The notes: a model not told the origin generated them from the letters alone. DNA of 64,000 nt from Fistulifera solaris (GCA_030295235.1 AP026148.1:558001-622000); one strand, 5' to 3'; shown: positions 50,245 to 62,563, counted from the first letter of the stretch. Made by a program: numbers and translations.

Positions 50245-51048
50245 CTACGTTATAGTTGGACGATACTTTTTCACTTGCACGCCTTGACTCGACGATGCAA
50301 AACTCGATCCACTCTGCTGTAAAGGTCGCGTGAACTTGATCTTTTGGCTCGTGATCGGGCAAATCTGACTTTTTCGTATGAGTTGATCGTAAACACTGGT
50401 CAAAACCACTTTTCCTGGTTTCTTCTTGTCGACCCAATATGCCGTGGCCGGTTGATATTGGATGGTCTTGTCGGAGACTTCACATACAATATTTTTGTCA
50501 TCCCATTTCAACCCTACGGGCCAGATGTCTTTCCGACGCAACGGTTCTTGCGAATGGGGTGACAACGGTCGTTCGGGTGGTAACGGAATGACTGCTTCGA
50601 CGGTCTCGGGTTGGGCTTCCGCCAACCAGTAACTGGATTTCAAGACAGCCTGTTTCGCCGTTTCCTTCTCATCGACAACTTTTCGTTTCCGTATCACTTG
50701 TTGCGTTTCTTCAAATTGTTGTTGGATTTGTCTTTGTTTCTCGTCGTCCCCCTGCCGACTGGCTTGTTGACGTTCGTAAGCAGCCCGTTGCTCTTTCAAT
50801 TCTTGCGTTTGCGTCAACAAATATTCCACAATGGCATCCTGTGCATACAAATAACCCGACGGTGTACAACCTACTGCATCATCAGCATTCAATTTCGTCA
50901 AGGAAATGCCACAATCCCCCAACTGATATTGACTGTGACCCGCCAAGCGCTGGGCTGTCGTGCCGTATTCGCTTGAAGCAAACTTTTTGGTCCGTTCGTG
51001 TTGGGTCAGAGGGAAATTACCTCCTGGTTGTTTGCTTTTGCGGGCCAT
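50245..51048 (-). CDS. NOSIP: Nitric oxide synthase-interacting protein (NOSIP)
   Basis: MARKSK start, YGTTAQRL, TPSGYLY...IVEYLL, SYWL, LQQSGSSFAS. Confidence 0.85.
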   Translation of the reverse strand: MARKSKQPGGNFPLTQHERTKKFASSEYGTTAQRLAGHSQYQLGDCGISLTKLNADDAVGCTPSGYLYAQDAIVEYLLTQTQELKEQRAAYERQQASRQGDDEKQRQIQQQFEETQQVIRKRKVVDEKETAKQAVLKSSYWLAEAQPETVEAVIPLPPERPLSPHSQEPLRRKDIWPVGLKWDDKNIVCEVSDKTIQYQPATAYWVDKKKPGKVVLTSVYDQLIRKSQICPITSQKIKFTRPLQQSGSSFASSSQGVQVKKYRPTIT

Positions 51049-51566
51049 TGATCGTCGTCTTATAGTCAAGTTGCTGTTAATTAGGAGATTGAATGCAATG
51101 CAATGCAATGACAATACTGTTGTTCTTTCTTTTTTTCGTTTCGCAAGTCGCTGGATCGCCAAAAAACCACGGAAGATGACAAACGGTCTCGGTCGCTTTT
51201 GGACGAGCAATGGGAAACGCGGGGGGATCTTGTCTATAAGTGATAGAAACAGAAACAAGCTGCATAACAATTTTGACTTGTTATTGAAGCTGTCCAAGCG
51301 TGCTTGGAACGGTTCTACATGTACTCGAAGAGAACAGTTGCTCATGCAACCGCTTCCGATACATAAACCCCGTCGCTCGCGTGTACGTTCACGCAATTAC
51401 GAAAACTAAAGATATGTATACAACATACTACATTAATTTGTTTTAAAGCATCATTTAGACAACGTAATATTTACTAAACAAGTCTCGAATCACCGTTACG
51501 AGAAGCACAACACACACAACGACAAACAAGGAGTACGAAAGGCAACGACAAAGGAGCTCTTCTCTT

Positions 51567-52328
51567 TCACCGACTGGATGATTCAGAAGCACGATTCGGA
51601 AGGACATGATCATAGAAACGCTCGTACTGGAACAAGTACTTCTTGTAGGCTTCTACCGACGAGAAACCAGGTGGTACGGATGTTGGGTCGACGTCAATGC
51701 TGTCAACGATCTCGTCCGTAAAAGCACTCCAGTGAGCTGGATGAACGAGTTCCCCACAACGATTCCGAAAGTACGCGTCTTCTTCCAACACATTCTCAAT
51801 GCATTCATCCCCATACAGACTGCGCTCAAATTCAATCTCCTGACAGATGACATCGCTCTCGGCTTGCAAGGTCTCAAGGTCACGATATAACAAACGCTTT
51901 TGCTCGGCTGTGAACGAACAATGATGGGGAATCTCTTTAATCTTCGCAAGATCCGAAGCAAATCGAACACGACGAGGCGCAGGATGACTGGATGGAGCAA
52001 TCTTGAGCGAAGAGTGTAACGTCACCGAAGGAGTGCTCGTCTTTAATACTCCCTTTTGAGTCTTGTTCACCGTCAACAGCGGTTCTTCATGCGATATTGT
52101 AAGGGACAGAAGGAAAGAAGAGATCTTGTCATCATTGTCGACATCGAAATCACGTGGAAGCAACGATTCCGCGACACCCGCGTCGCAATCAGAGAGACAG
52201 GGAACATCGTGAACGTCTTCGGCTTGCAACGACCACAGAGGGCTTGTCAGTCGCTGTAGCGTGTCGAAAATCGTCTCCGAGGGACTCTTGGAGCATGAAA
52301 GGTGGTTTTGTTTGCTGTAAACTTGCAT
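51567..52328 (-). CDS. Cassette gene B, dispersed copy
   Basis: Intact 253-aa ORF homologous to other B copies. Confidence 0.85.
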   Translation of the reverse strand: MQVYSKQNHLSCSKSPSETIFDTLQRLTSPLWSLQAEDVHDVPCLSDCDAGVAESLLPRDFDVDNDDKISSFLLSLTISHEEPLLTVNKTQKGVLKTSTPSVTLHSSLKIAPSSHPAPRRVRFASDLAKIKEIPHHCSFTAEQKRLLYRDLETLQAESDVICQEIEFERSLYGDECIENVLEEDAYFRNRCGELVHPAHWSAFTDEIVDSIDVDPTSVPPGFSSVEAYKKYLFQYERFYDHVLPNRASESSSR

Positions 52329-52916
52329 TTTGATTCAAAATAGATGAAACAATGAGGAATTTGGTAAAACGGGGTTGTTTTGTGCGCTAGAGTGAATACA
52401 GTAAAAGGCTTGCTGCGGACTGATCGACGGCTGACGGACCGACTAATTTTCTACGACTGCCCTGGTACAAAATCGTGTAAGTAGCTCTCACGTAGAGCTT
52501 GTAGACTAACGTTTACTCACGAAGAAACGAGAGCGAGGAGCGAGGACGGATTAAAGCTTTGAAGAGCCTGATTTCTTTTCGAAAGATCTCTAATAATTAC
52601 GAAGTGATTTGAAAGCACAACGCGCATTGTGTGAAAAGTCACCTTACGCTGCAAGCTTCAACAAAACACGACGATACAATACGATACGATACCATACGGT
52701 ACGATACACAACAACAAAGACGACGTTACCAAGAAAACTAAGGGGAGGCAGTTCATAGCTATAAAACTGAATACGGAGTATTTTTTTAAAGAATCATCTA
52801 CAATAATCACTACTTAACACTTGACATAGAACAAGAGCGGCTGAATCGTTTCAAATCGCCACTACGGGGAGCACAATACAGGGAAAACGAGACAAAATAC
52901 GCAGTCGAGAAAACGC

Positions 52917-53726
52917 TTACGAATCAAGGGATCGAGGATGGAAGACTCTTTTCCGCATGGCGTTGTCAAAGTATTGCTCATACTTGGACAACTCATCACT
53001 TTGTTTGTACTCGTTCAGTGAGGAAAAGCCAACGACGGGAGTATCGAGGGGAAGACTTGGAAGAATTTCATTCACATACACAGGCCAGTGTGCTGGATGG
53101 ACCAACTCTCCAAGATGGTTGCGGAAGAAACACCCTTCTTCCAGCGCATCAGCGGCGCCGCAAAGACGTAAACGACGCTCAAACCTGATCTCCAGGCAAA
53201 TTTCATCCTTCTCTGCCTGCAACGTACGCTTGTTACGATACAACGAACGCTTTTCATCGGCCGTCAACGAATTATGATGGGGAATCTCCTTGACAGTGTA
53301 GAAACCGGGCACAAATTGTACACGGCGAGACACACGATGATTTTCAAGAAAAGACCTGCTTGAAGAGCCACGAGACGCAGTGACATTCAACGAAAGGAGC
53401 GCCTGAACAGTGCTTTGGGCCCATGCGGCGTTCTTGTTCTCGCAAATCCACGACTGCATCTCTTCACGCGATTCCGCAAACGAAAGAATGAAAGACACAT
53501 CGTCATCAGGAATCGATTCACAAGGAACGGAAGATTCCGCAACACCAGCTTCGCAATTGGAGAGGACGCGGAGATCATCATCATTGTCGTCTCGAAAGTC
53601 GACAGGTGATCGAAGAGAAGCGAACAACGACTGAACAGGGCTTTCCGTGCGCTGTCGCTTGCAATCATCTGTCGCCAAATCACTCTGGGAGCTTGAAAGA
53701 TAGTCTCGTTTGGTAGAAAGTCGCAT
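52917..53726 (-). CDS. Cassette gene C, dispersed copy (269 aa, 8 aa longer)
   Basis: Intact ORF; B-C spacer 52329-52916 matches 3058-3641. Confidence 0.85.
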   Translation of the reverse strand: MRLSTKRDYLSSSQSDLATDDCKRQRTESPVQSLFASLRSPVDFRDDNDDDLRVLSNCEAGVAESSVPCESIPDDDVSFILSFAESREEMQSWICENKNAAWAQSTVQALLSLNVTASRGSSSRSFLENHRVSRRVQFVPGFYTVKEIPHHNSLTADEKRSLYRNKRTLQAEKDEICLEIRFERRLRLCGAADALEEGCFFRNHLGELVHPAHWPVYVNEILPSLPLDTPVVGFSSLNEYKQSDELSKYEQYFDNAMRKRVFHPRSLDS

Positions 53727-54127
53727 TTTGGTTCAAAATAGATGAAACAATAAGGATTTTGGTAATTGGGGTTGTTTTTGTGCGTAAAAGTGCTTCTGCT
53801 GCTGCGCTGCTGCGGACACGGAAGGAAGGTCAGACGGCCAAGATCCAGGTAACATAACGTTGGTACGTACGGAGTAGTATAGTTCGTCGCATGTAGCTTT
53901 CACGTGAAGTTTGTACTGGAGAATTTGACCATAGCAACAAGATGCCGGTACCGTAGTAACAACACAGCAAAAAAATCAACCACAATTTTGTTGTTGTCCT
54001 TGTTGTTCCCTAATTGTTGTAGAAGCCTATAATTTCCAAACTTGAAGAAACAAAACGACTTTAACCTTACCTCGCTCGTCGCAAAAGTCCGCGCACTTCA
54101 TATTCCGCCGCACCACGCATAAGCAAA

Positions 54128-55607
54128 ATGGGACAAGTTCTTTCTCTTCCTTTTCGTCTTCTCAATACGACGCTCACGTTCTATCGTGGCTTTTTTCATT
54201 ATTGGTGCGGAGCCGGACGACATCAACCCTACCAGAGGGAAGGATCATTTGCTCCGTTAAGAGAAACGGAACAAGACGACGACACGACCAAGGAGTTCAA
54301 GCAACACGCACGCATTCATCTCTTCAGTTTGGCTTCGAACTTTTATCTTTACCACAAACCACATTACCGCAAGAGTTCCTACAAAATAGATCTCGTTGAC
54401 AATCTACGAAATGTCGCCGTCCCGGGCACGGGTGTACCATTGTCTCTCTTTGCGTGGAACCGCTGGGTGGGACTGGGTTACCTCTTTTGTGTGTATCCGA
54501 AGATTTGTGGTATTGCCGCTGTGCACGCCTGGTGGAAATCCAGAGGCCAGACGAGTCTTCATCAAGAATACGCCACCCGTCTTCTCGCACCGGACGATTG
54601 GTTCAGTTATTGGCGCTTGAATTGCAACGTCGTGGGCTTGCATGCGTTACTGCACGACATGCCGGACGATTATGACATGGAAAACAAGTGGACTTTTCTG
54701 CAACAAGGTGTGGCGCGCGGTGTACCGGTGTCACCGTTCTTGTCGTCTCCGGCCATTGTCGTCAAGCATCGCAATGAAGAGGGAGGGATGGGTATCTTTT
54801 TCTACAAGAATGCGTTGGAAGGAGGTGACTGGATCATTCAAGAACGCATCCAAAACAGGTAAATATGTGTTTGAATGTTTGACATCAGGGATACCTTCTG
54901 CGTTGTTTCGGCTCTCATTCTGAAACCGGAATGGATCATTTCTTTTGCAGTGACTGGGTATCGAAACATTTGCCTCCCAATGCCCCACTGTCAACGTTCC
55001 GTGTGATCACATGCAGTCGGGCTTCAATTGGCAGCGGAGAGATGAGTCCAAAACAGGTAGTCGCGTTATCGTGTGTCTTTCGCGCTGGGCGAGCAGGAGC
55101 TGCGACAGATCATGATTCCATCCTCTTTGACGTGGACGTTCAAACAGGAAAGATACGTGGAGGGACGACGAATGCGCACTGGTACCAATTGGGATTATCC
55201 GCGCTGTGGTCGTGTCCCTGGCGGTCGTCCCACAGCTACGAGTCGCATCCAGATGGGAATATTCCGGTGGCGGGCTCCATAGTGCCGAATATCACTGAAA
55301 TGTTGCGATTGGTGGAAGAGAGTCATTACAAAATGTGTCCACGAGTTCCGTTTGCGGGTTGGGATGTGGTTCTGTCGGTGGACCCAGCGTTACCCGTGTG
55401 TTTGTTGGAAGTGAATTTGAGTTGCAATTTCTTTCGCGGCTCATTTGACAAAAAGGTTCGTTCAACATTCCACACTTATATTTCTGCTAGATTCTCGGGG
55501 TCTCATGTTTCATTTTCGTTGCACAATTCCAGGTTTATCTCGACTTTATTGATGACTCGTTTGCTGATCTGCAGATCAGGAGGCTTGAAGCCGATCAGAA
55601 GCATTAG
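54128..55607 (+). CDS. ATP-grasp-like hypothetical protein; introns 54859-54950 and 55456-55532
   Basis: VVKHRNEEGGMGI, WIIQERI, STFRVIT, FAGWDVV, LLEVN ATP-grasp-type motifs; both GT-AG introns restore the frame, ending ADQKH*. Confidence 0.75.
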
Positions 55608-56769
55608 TTCGATTTGTGCCTACCGGGACTTCAAAGTTGATACTCGCCAATCGAAACGAACACATCGTAAACATTATAACCATTTACATAGAAACCTGCA
55701 TGTATGCATACGTTCACTGCACAGAGTTCTGCTGCTGCAATAAACATACCTAAGATAATGAGGAAAATGATCGACGACAAGCGAACCATTTTACAGACAA
55801 CACCGATTAGTTGCTGGTCTTCGAGATGATTCGAGATGATGAAGTCGTTCTCTCCGATCCGATACATTCATAGTTGCGGAACCAGTGGATGCTAACAGAA
55901 ACTAGAAACATGGTAGATGAATAGAGCAACAACAATGGTCTGGACAAGACATAGACGAAGAGGCAACAATCGGCTAGCGAATGCCATTCGACTTTTTCCA
56001 TAGCCTGTGCCTACTGCAACTGATGAGCAGCAGCCTCGACCTGATGTGCGAGTCGACCCGTGCTTTGTATGAAACTAGACTAAACATCGCGCTAATCCAC
56101 CTATTAAGATGTGACTCAAATATCCAGCAACTCATGGTTTTGGTTGAAAGCATGTTCTTTGTGCAAAGGTGCGGTGAAAAAGTGGATGTTTGCTACACCT
56201 AAAAGTCGTAGTTGGGAAAGGTGACCGAGACAAGTCGTGTTTTCATACACGGATCCCTGTTCTCCTTCGCAGTCATCCTCATAATGACACATAGACACAT
56301 AGACGTACCTGGTATCACCATGGACAAATACATTTCTGTTTTTCTTCAACGATATCAGGGAAATCCTTTCGATTTCAAAACATAGGCTTGAACTCAATCG
56401 TCGGCTAACAAAGGAGCTCTAGCATCGAGGTAATAGGCGAGGCAAGGAGAAGTTAACAAATCTGTGGAATAGCGATGGTATTTCATGGCCTACAGATAGC
56501 AACCTTGTACGTCCTACGAGATCCAATACACTTCCGACGAGGCCGCCAGCCAATATTTTTCTGCCAACTTCACAGACAGTAGTCTACAGAGAGCAACCTC
56601 CGACAAGAATAGAGCAGTTACAAGTGCTCTTGAACTCGGGTCTCTCCATCGCCTTTTTTAAAATCGATCTCTTTGTTCTCACAATCATCTCGGCAAACTT
56701 CCTTAAATATCAATCGTTCGCGACGTCTTTCTCAAATTGTGAACCGACAAAACTCTGAGCCTGCGACAA

Positions 56770-57490
56770 CGCAAAGTACACTACTTCCCATCATCCTGCA
56801 GATTCTCCTTCAGCAAAGTCAAATGCGACCGATGCTTATCGAAGCCGCCCCTGTAGCAAGAATCCCATATCCCAAGAAAGTTTGAATCTGTTAATGTCGC
56901 CTAGTCCGTTGGCGTGCTACAGTTGCTAGGGATGGTTTTGAGAGTAATGGACAGATAGCAGACCTACGGTCTAGCAAGCACAACCAACAAATACACAGCA
57001 CGCATATCAGAATCCATCCGACAATCCTGTCCATACCGTAACTCGCACCGAACCATCCCTTCCGGCACCAACTTGCATTTCTATGTTCAGGAGCTGCGAC
57101 GACCAAAAGCGTTTGTCGCATCAATGCCTGTTTTGAAAACAAATCGAGCTGTCTGCCGCGGGCGAAGAAGACACTTTTACTGTCGGACAAGCACGCAACC
57201 GGTGTGTACAACTCGGTCAAGTTGAAGTCCGCTGCAAACATCATCGTCACAACCCGCAACCGGCGAAAACCAAAGGTACCGTGTGTTTTCCTTTTAAGAT
57301 GGAGAGAACGTTTATCAAGCCTGTTAGAACATGGCTGCCGTGCAACTGTGCGATAACTGCCCCAGTATCCCAGTCAGTATTCGATCCGAGTCGCAGCAGC
57401 TTGCAAAAGAATCCAAGTCGACCGCAGGAGGAGGCAAAAGGAACTGGTCAGAAGGCGTTCCGGAAGGCCATCTCCGATTTCGCGATGAGT
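56770..57490 (+). pseudogene. Degenerate paralog of the 58838-60009 gene (5' boundary approximate)
   Basis: 57100-57480 aligns with 59590-59990 (caactcggtcaagt..agtccgctgcaaaca; ggcgaaaaccaa; caggagg.gg.aaa.g...tggtc.gaaggcgt) but contains stops and indels. Confidence 0.8.
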
Positions 57491-58837
57491 AAAGCTAGCT
57501 CAACTCTGATGAAATAGAGCATGGTGTAGATTTGATCAATCTTTGTCACGACTTCAATCGGTGTCAGCGGCTTGTTTCACAAGTTGTCGGCATAGATGTT
57601 CTCATTTAGATGATGAGACGCAGCAACTTCAACCACGTCCTGGTCTTTCTGTCAAGATGGTTTGCATCAACGAAGCCGTTCCTGGACGAAGAGCAGCGAC
57701 GACTTATTGCGAAATCACGAAAAAGATGAGCTGGAGATAAATCAGGCAATTGTAATTGAAAAGAGCGAATGAGCAAAGGCAGCATGGCTCTAACGACTTC
57801 GGCTTCGTACAAAGCTTTCGTCATCAGCGCAAACTAAATTTTTCAGAACGCGACCTGTCAAGTCGAAGCCGATGACGTGCCCAGATGAGGGGTTCACCTT
57901 TCACCTGATCATCTTGGCAGGCATAATCAGAAATCGATGTCTTAATCTCTAGCTCTCTCTAGAGCTAGGTAGTACATGCGGTTCACAGATGAAGAAACCC
58001 AGCTCCAGTATACAAATGATACAGTTACAAATTCGTCTATTCTAATGAACTTCCGATGGAAAAACAAGAAAACCGGTACTGATTGACTCTGTTTTCCGTA
58101 GAAAATCATCCCCTCTAGCCTTGTATCTCAGCTTTCATTGTTAGTCAGCAAGCGTTTTAGATCATCACAATGTATTTGCCTTCTGCAAGAGGCATTTATT
58201 GATAAGATTTGTCACCGGGGTAAAATCCTATTTCAAGTCGTGCCATTCATTCACCCGATACATTCCCCCCTTAAATCAATAATCATTCGTTACAATAGGA
58301 TAGATGATGGACTTCTTGTTTCGCCAACTAATTTATTTGAATGAAAAGTTTATGTTCTTTGTCCGTCTTGATAGGTCTTGCGGGGAACGTAGGGCGTAGA
58401 AGTATCTATTTAATACATATTCCGCGCCTACAATGATCTAAATGATAAGTATCAATATCTAGAACCCTCACGATCTCACGAATTAAAAAGCAGGTATCAA
58501 TATGCGTTGGTACCAGTAACACCTAAAGGTTAAGTGACAATGAATAATGCAATAACGTCGTAGTCGAGTGGCGCTGCGATAGTACACTATAAGAGAGTTA
58601 TTACTCGCCACTCGCCAGCAGTACACTCGTCACATGCAAGACACGAACAGGGGGAACTCCTTTTCCTACTTGCGGAAGGCGGAGCACAGCTCTGTGTGCT
58701 AACTTTTATGGAGTACTAGATATTTTCCCACAGGCATCGATTGCCTTCTCTTGCATATGAATTGCCTTCCGATTGCTATCCTCTTTGTCCAGGAACATAG
58801 TAGTACACCTTTCTAACCAAAGCTAGCTTGTCTGGGT

Positions 58838-60009
58838 ATGTCACGGAAGCGGAAAGCAGACAATGTACCCAACCAGGGACGTCCCAATCCCTTTGACCAT
58901 GACGAAGACTCTTTGCACACAATTCATCATTCGGAGCCCGCACGTCATCCCACACCGAGCCGAGTAGATGGCTTGGGAAGCGACTCGAGTAGTCAGGTTG
59001 CGAGCTCCTTCGCAGCACGACTGATGCGGTCCGATCAAATGAACACGACGCAATTGCAGTCGATTCTCAACCAGCTTCTCGCTACTCATAATGTGAACGT
59101 CAGGAGCGATCTCAACCATTCTCATGTTCGTCATCAAGATAGAAATTGGCTTTCTTCCATTCAAAACCATGCTCTGCTCCCGGTCACGACAACCACCATG
59201 CAAAGTTCTTTGCTTCCACTGTTACAGATGCTACGGGGGCACGCCGGTCAGAGACCGGGGTCTGGACTGATAGGGACACCGAGTCCACAAGCACCATTCC
59301 CTGTTGCCACTTTTAATAACATCGATCCCGCAAATATACTAAGCACTTTGCAATTCCTCGACCGATTACTGAATTTGGGGCACCCCACTAGTACCGTGCC
59401 GAGTCTTTTCACCCACAACTTGCCGCAACTGACTTCCTCTGCCACAACCCTTGCTAGCAATCCTACGCCAAACACAAACCGACAACCCGTACTAGCCAGC
59501 AGCAGACCGGACGAAGAAGTCAGACAAAATTCAGTCACTGCAACATCCCCCCAGACACAGACCTTTATCACCATGTATATGAGCTGTGATGACCAAATGC
59601 TATCGGCATATCAGTGTCTGATTCGGAAACAAATTGAGCTATTTGCAGCGGGTGAAGAAGACACCTGCACCATCGGTCAAGGTCGGAATCGACGAGTGCA
59701 ACTCGGTCAAGTCGGAGTCCGCTGCAAACATTGTCGTCACGTCCCGCAACTGGCGAAAACCAAGGGCGCTGTGTACTTTCCATTTAAAAAGATAATGTGT
59801 ACCAGGCCTGTCAGAACATGGCCGTGGTCCATCTGTGCGATAATTGTCCCAATATCCCTACCAGCATTCGAGCCGAGCTGCAACGACTCGCGAAAGAACC
59901 CAAATCGACAACAGGAGGCGGTAAACGATATTGGTCGGAAGGCGTCCGTGTATCCGGCATCGTTGAGGATGCGGAAGGCCGTCTTCAATTTGGTAGAAGA
60001 ACTTCGTAG
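58838..60009 (+). CDS. Diatom-type protein with low-complexity N-terminus and C-terminal Cys/His domain (putative transcription regulator); frameshift near 59790
   Basis: LSAYQCLIRKQIELF...GQVGVRCKHC...AVYFP continues in the next frame as YQACQNM...HL...CPNIP...GGGKRYW. Confidence 0.8.
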
Positions 60010-60558
60010 AAGTTTAGTTGTTAGTAATGGTAGTAATATGCTCCTATCTCACCTAGATGGTTTGTGACGGAATGAACTGCGTACGACCTAATGTTTCGGC
60101 CATGACGATCAAACGACGAGGTCGAAGATTATTTAGAGAAAGCATATTTTGCGGAGCTACGCTTCGGCTGAACGTATTCTACAGTGTGATTACAAAGATT
60201 CAGACGATGAACGAGTTTCATTCGATGCAGCCAAATTTCTGCTTTGTTTTGATCTTTAGAAAGAAGCAAGGTCAACTCGTAATTGAAGGTACTTCGGCTG
60301 TTATCGGCGATGAACGTGAAGCGATGCTGACAGATTGACGATGCACAGTGCAGGTGATGGAAAAGGAAGCAATCCAGTTTGCTATTATTGCGTTTGAAAG
60401 CTAGGTACTTTCGGCGATGGACCGTTTGAGCCTTAATCAAAATAGCTACCAAGTACTTTCGCCCATGTTGCGGTCTGCATTTTGGGGAATATCTGGTAGT
60501 CAACATCAACAAAAAATGGAAAGACGTACGCACCAATGGTTTCAGGCGGGAGACGGGC

Positions 60559-60840
60559 CTACCAGGTATCGGTACTTTGTACTGACCAGCAGCAACAGTT
60601 GAAGAAAACGCTATACAATCGATACCAACAGGTCGGCTGAGGTGTCTCATTTGGGGTGTTGGGTGTCTGAAAGATTGTTGTCTTGTCCCCGACGCTATAA
60701 AGAATCCCACCGTTCCCCAAATTCCGTTTCGAAAAAGCCCCCATCCCGACGCGCGTCCGGCTACCCATCGGGTCGTCGTAGGTCATAGATTTTCGTATCT
60801 TGACGTCATCCGCTTCGTATTCCATTCTCTTCCGCATCAC
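60559..60840 (-). CDS. Possible small hypothetical protein
   Basis: 93-aa ORF with plausible composition and Cys-rich tail; no recognisable family. Confidence 0.25.
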   Translation of the reverse strand: MMRKRMEYEADDVKIRKSMTYDDPMGSRTRVGMGAFSKRNLGNGGILYSVGDKTTIFQTPNTPNETPQPTCWYRLYSVFFNCCCWSVQSTDTW

Positions 60841-62563
60841 TACATTTTTTAAGAGCCTTCTCTATTTTCACTTTTGCCAAACCATCCATGTCAATCAATG
60901 GTTCGTCACTTCGATCCTGTTGCTGGAAAGCGTCGAATGCGAAAGCAATTAGAGTCTATTTGTCGATCACAGTCCGTCGCGAAACCGTTCCGTATGGGGC
61001 CTTGGCTTGCAAAGCTGACGGCAGCATGGATGAGTGTATCTTCACCACCAGGAACCACTTCTTTATCGACTCTAGACTCCATGTCTTGGGTGACCTTGGC
61101 CTTTGATGATGTACACTCATGTACGCATTCGTCTCTAATTCTCGATTTCTCTTATTCAGCGGCCCGCATCGTATCACGGTAAGTCAAAACTGGCTCTGTC
61201 GAACTCTCGTGTCACCTACACTTCACTTCTACTTCACGAATCTGGCGACTGATACTGCGACTGATCCATTCCACACCTTGATGCATCGTTTTGAGATTTC
61301 AGGCGTTCGGTGAATTGTCGTTCTACCTGCGACACAGCGGTGTTTGCAAAACAGCGATTGATGGTCGTGTCTCTTTTCCACCAGATTTACCATTGCGGCA
61401 TTCAGGATCCGGGTCGACCCGAGACCACTTCATCTTTCGTCACTGTGCCCTCCCATTGTTTGCTGGAATTATATGGGAACCTTTGGCTACTAAACATTGC
61501 GAAGGTTCGATTTGTGAACCTATCCTTGACTGGAAGGTGAGAGTATGGCGGAACGTTGGTTTGTTGAGATTTCGACAAAAACGCACTGAGATGAGTTAAG
61601 CAGCGGGACGTTTAGCTAGAGACAGTATTCATATCACGCACAGAGAACAATGGGAACCCCAAAAATGTCCCGTGATCGAAAATGATCCGCATTTCTTCTT
61701 CCTGGAAAATACTTGAATGGATCTCAAATCTGAATACACGGTGATACGGCTTTGCTTGCAAGCATTGACTATCAAATATGGTATATCAATGTGAACGGAA
61801 AATTAGGAGTCTCTGCCAGCTCTCATGGTTTTCAACTGCAGATGGCAGCCAATTAATGAGGCAGAATCTTAGGAAGTATGCTTGGGCTGCTGCAAAGGGA
61901 GGCAATGGAAACGGCACTAGACGCCGACGAGAATCGAGCGATTGTGTGAGTTGTTGATTTGATGATTCGCATCTCCTTCGTTCTCGCGTTGCCGTTGACA
62001 AGATCCTCGCCGGCGTTTAGTAAACAAATTGCACGTAGCGGCACACAGTACTGCCGTGAAAAGAACGCAATAATGAAACCTGCAACAAACCAAAGGACGT
62101 TTTGATTCTTTCTCTGTGAATGGTTGACTATAATGCGCCGCAACACGAGAAAAACTGGAAGCGAAGTCGTTTTCGTTCCGCTCTGTCCTTGATCCGGCAG
62201 TTGTAGGCCAACTCGTGACTACCAAATACTTGCGATGATTATTATTTATTCTTTCATACTTCATACACGTTTGCCGGGTGACGAAAACACGGAAAGCTAT
62301 TGAGATAGACAGATTTTGGACCATAAAGTTTCCTAGATTTCGGTAACAAAAAGCGACAGACTCCTGAGGGAAAGTGCTTTGAAATAAACAGGTCTAAAAC
62401 TATAGTTCCGAGAGAAATCAAACGTTCATCACATCAGAAAATTAGTTGGCGCGCTACGGTTCCCTGCGTAACGAATTTCGCAATCATTAAGCTGCCAAAT
62501 CATGAGACTTTGGTAGCTGTTTTTCTAAAGACATTTAAACGAAATGAAAAAATTCCCGCGATG

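Noticed and set aside
51049..51396. N-terminal extension of NOSIP in the ORF track (likewise MYB3R 28315-28617 and ACT gene 63793-63891)
   Set aside because: Non-conserved, UTR-like composition; homology or a plausible ATG starts downstream
1682..53876. Recurrent TACGGAGTA/TACTCCGTA in intergenic DNA (e.g. ~3497, ~19786, ~43740, ~53868)
   Set aside because: Several instances come from the duplicated cassette; enrichment cannot be judged without a genome background
55631..56397. Short hydrophobic minus-strand ORFs
   Set aside because: No recognisable homology or consistent gene structure; cannot be supported
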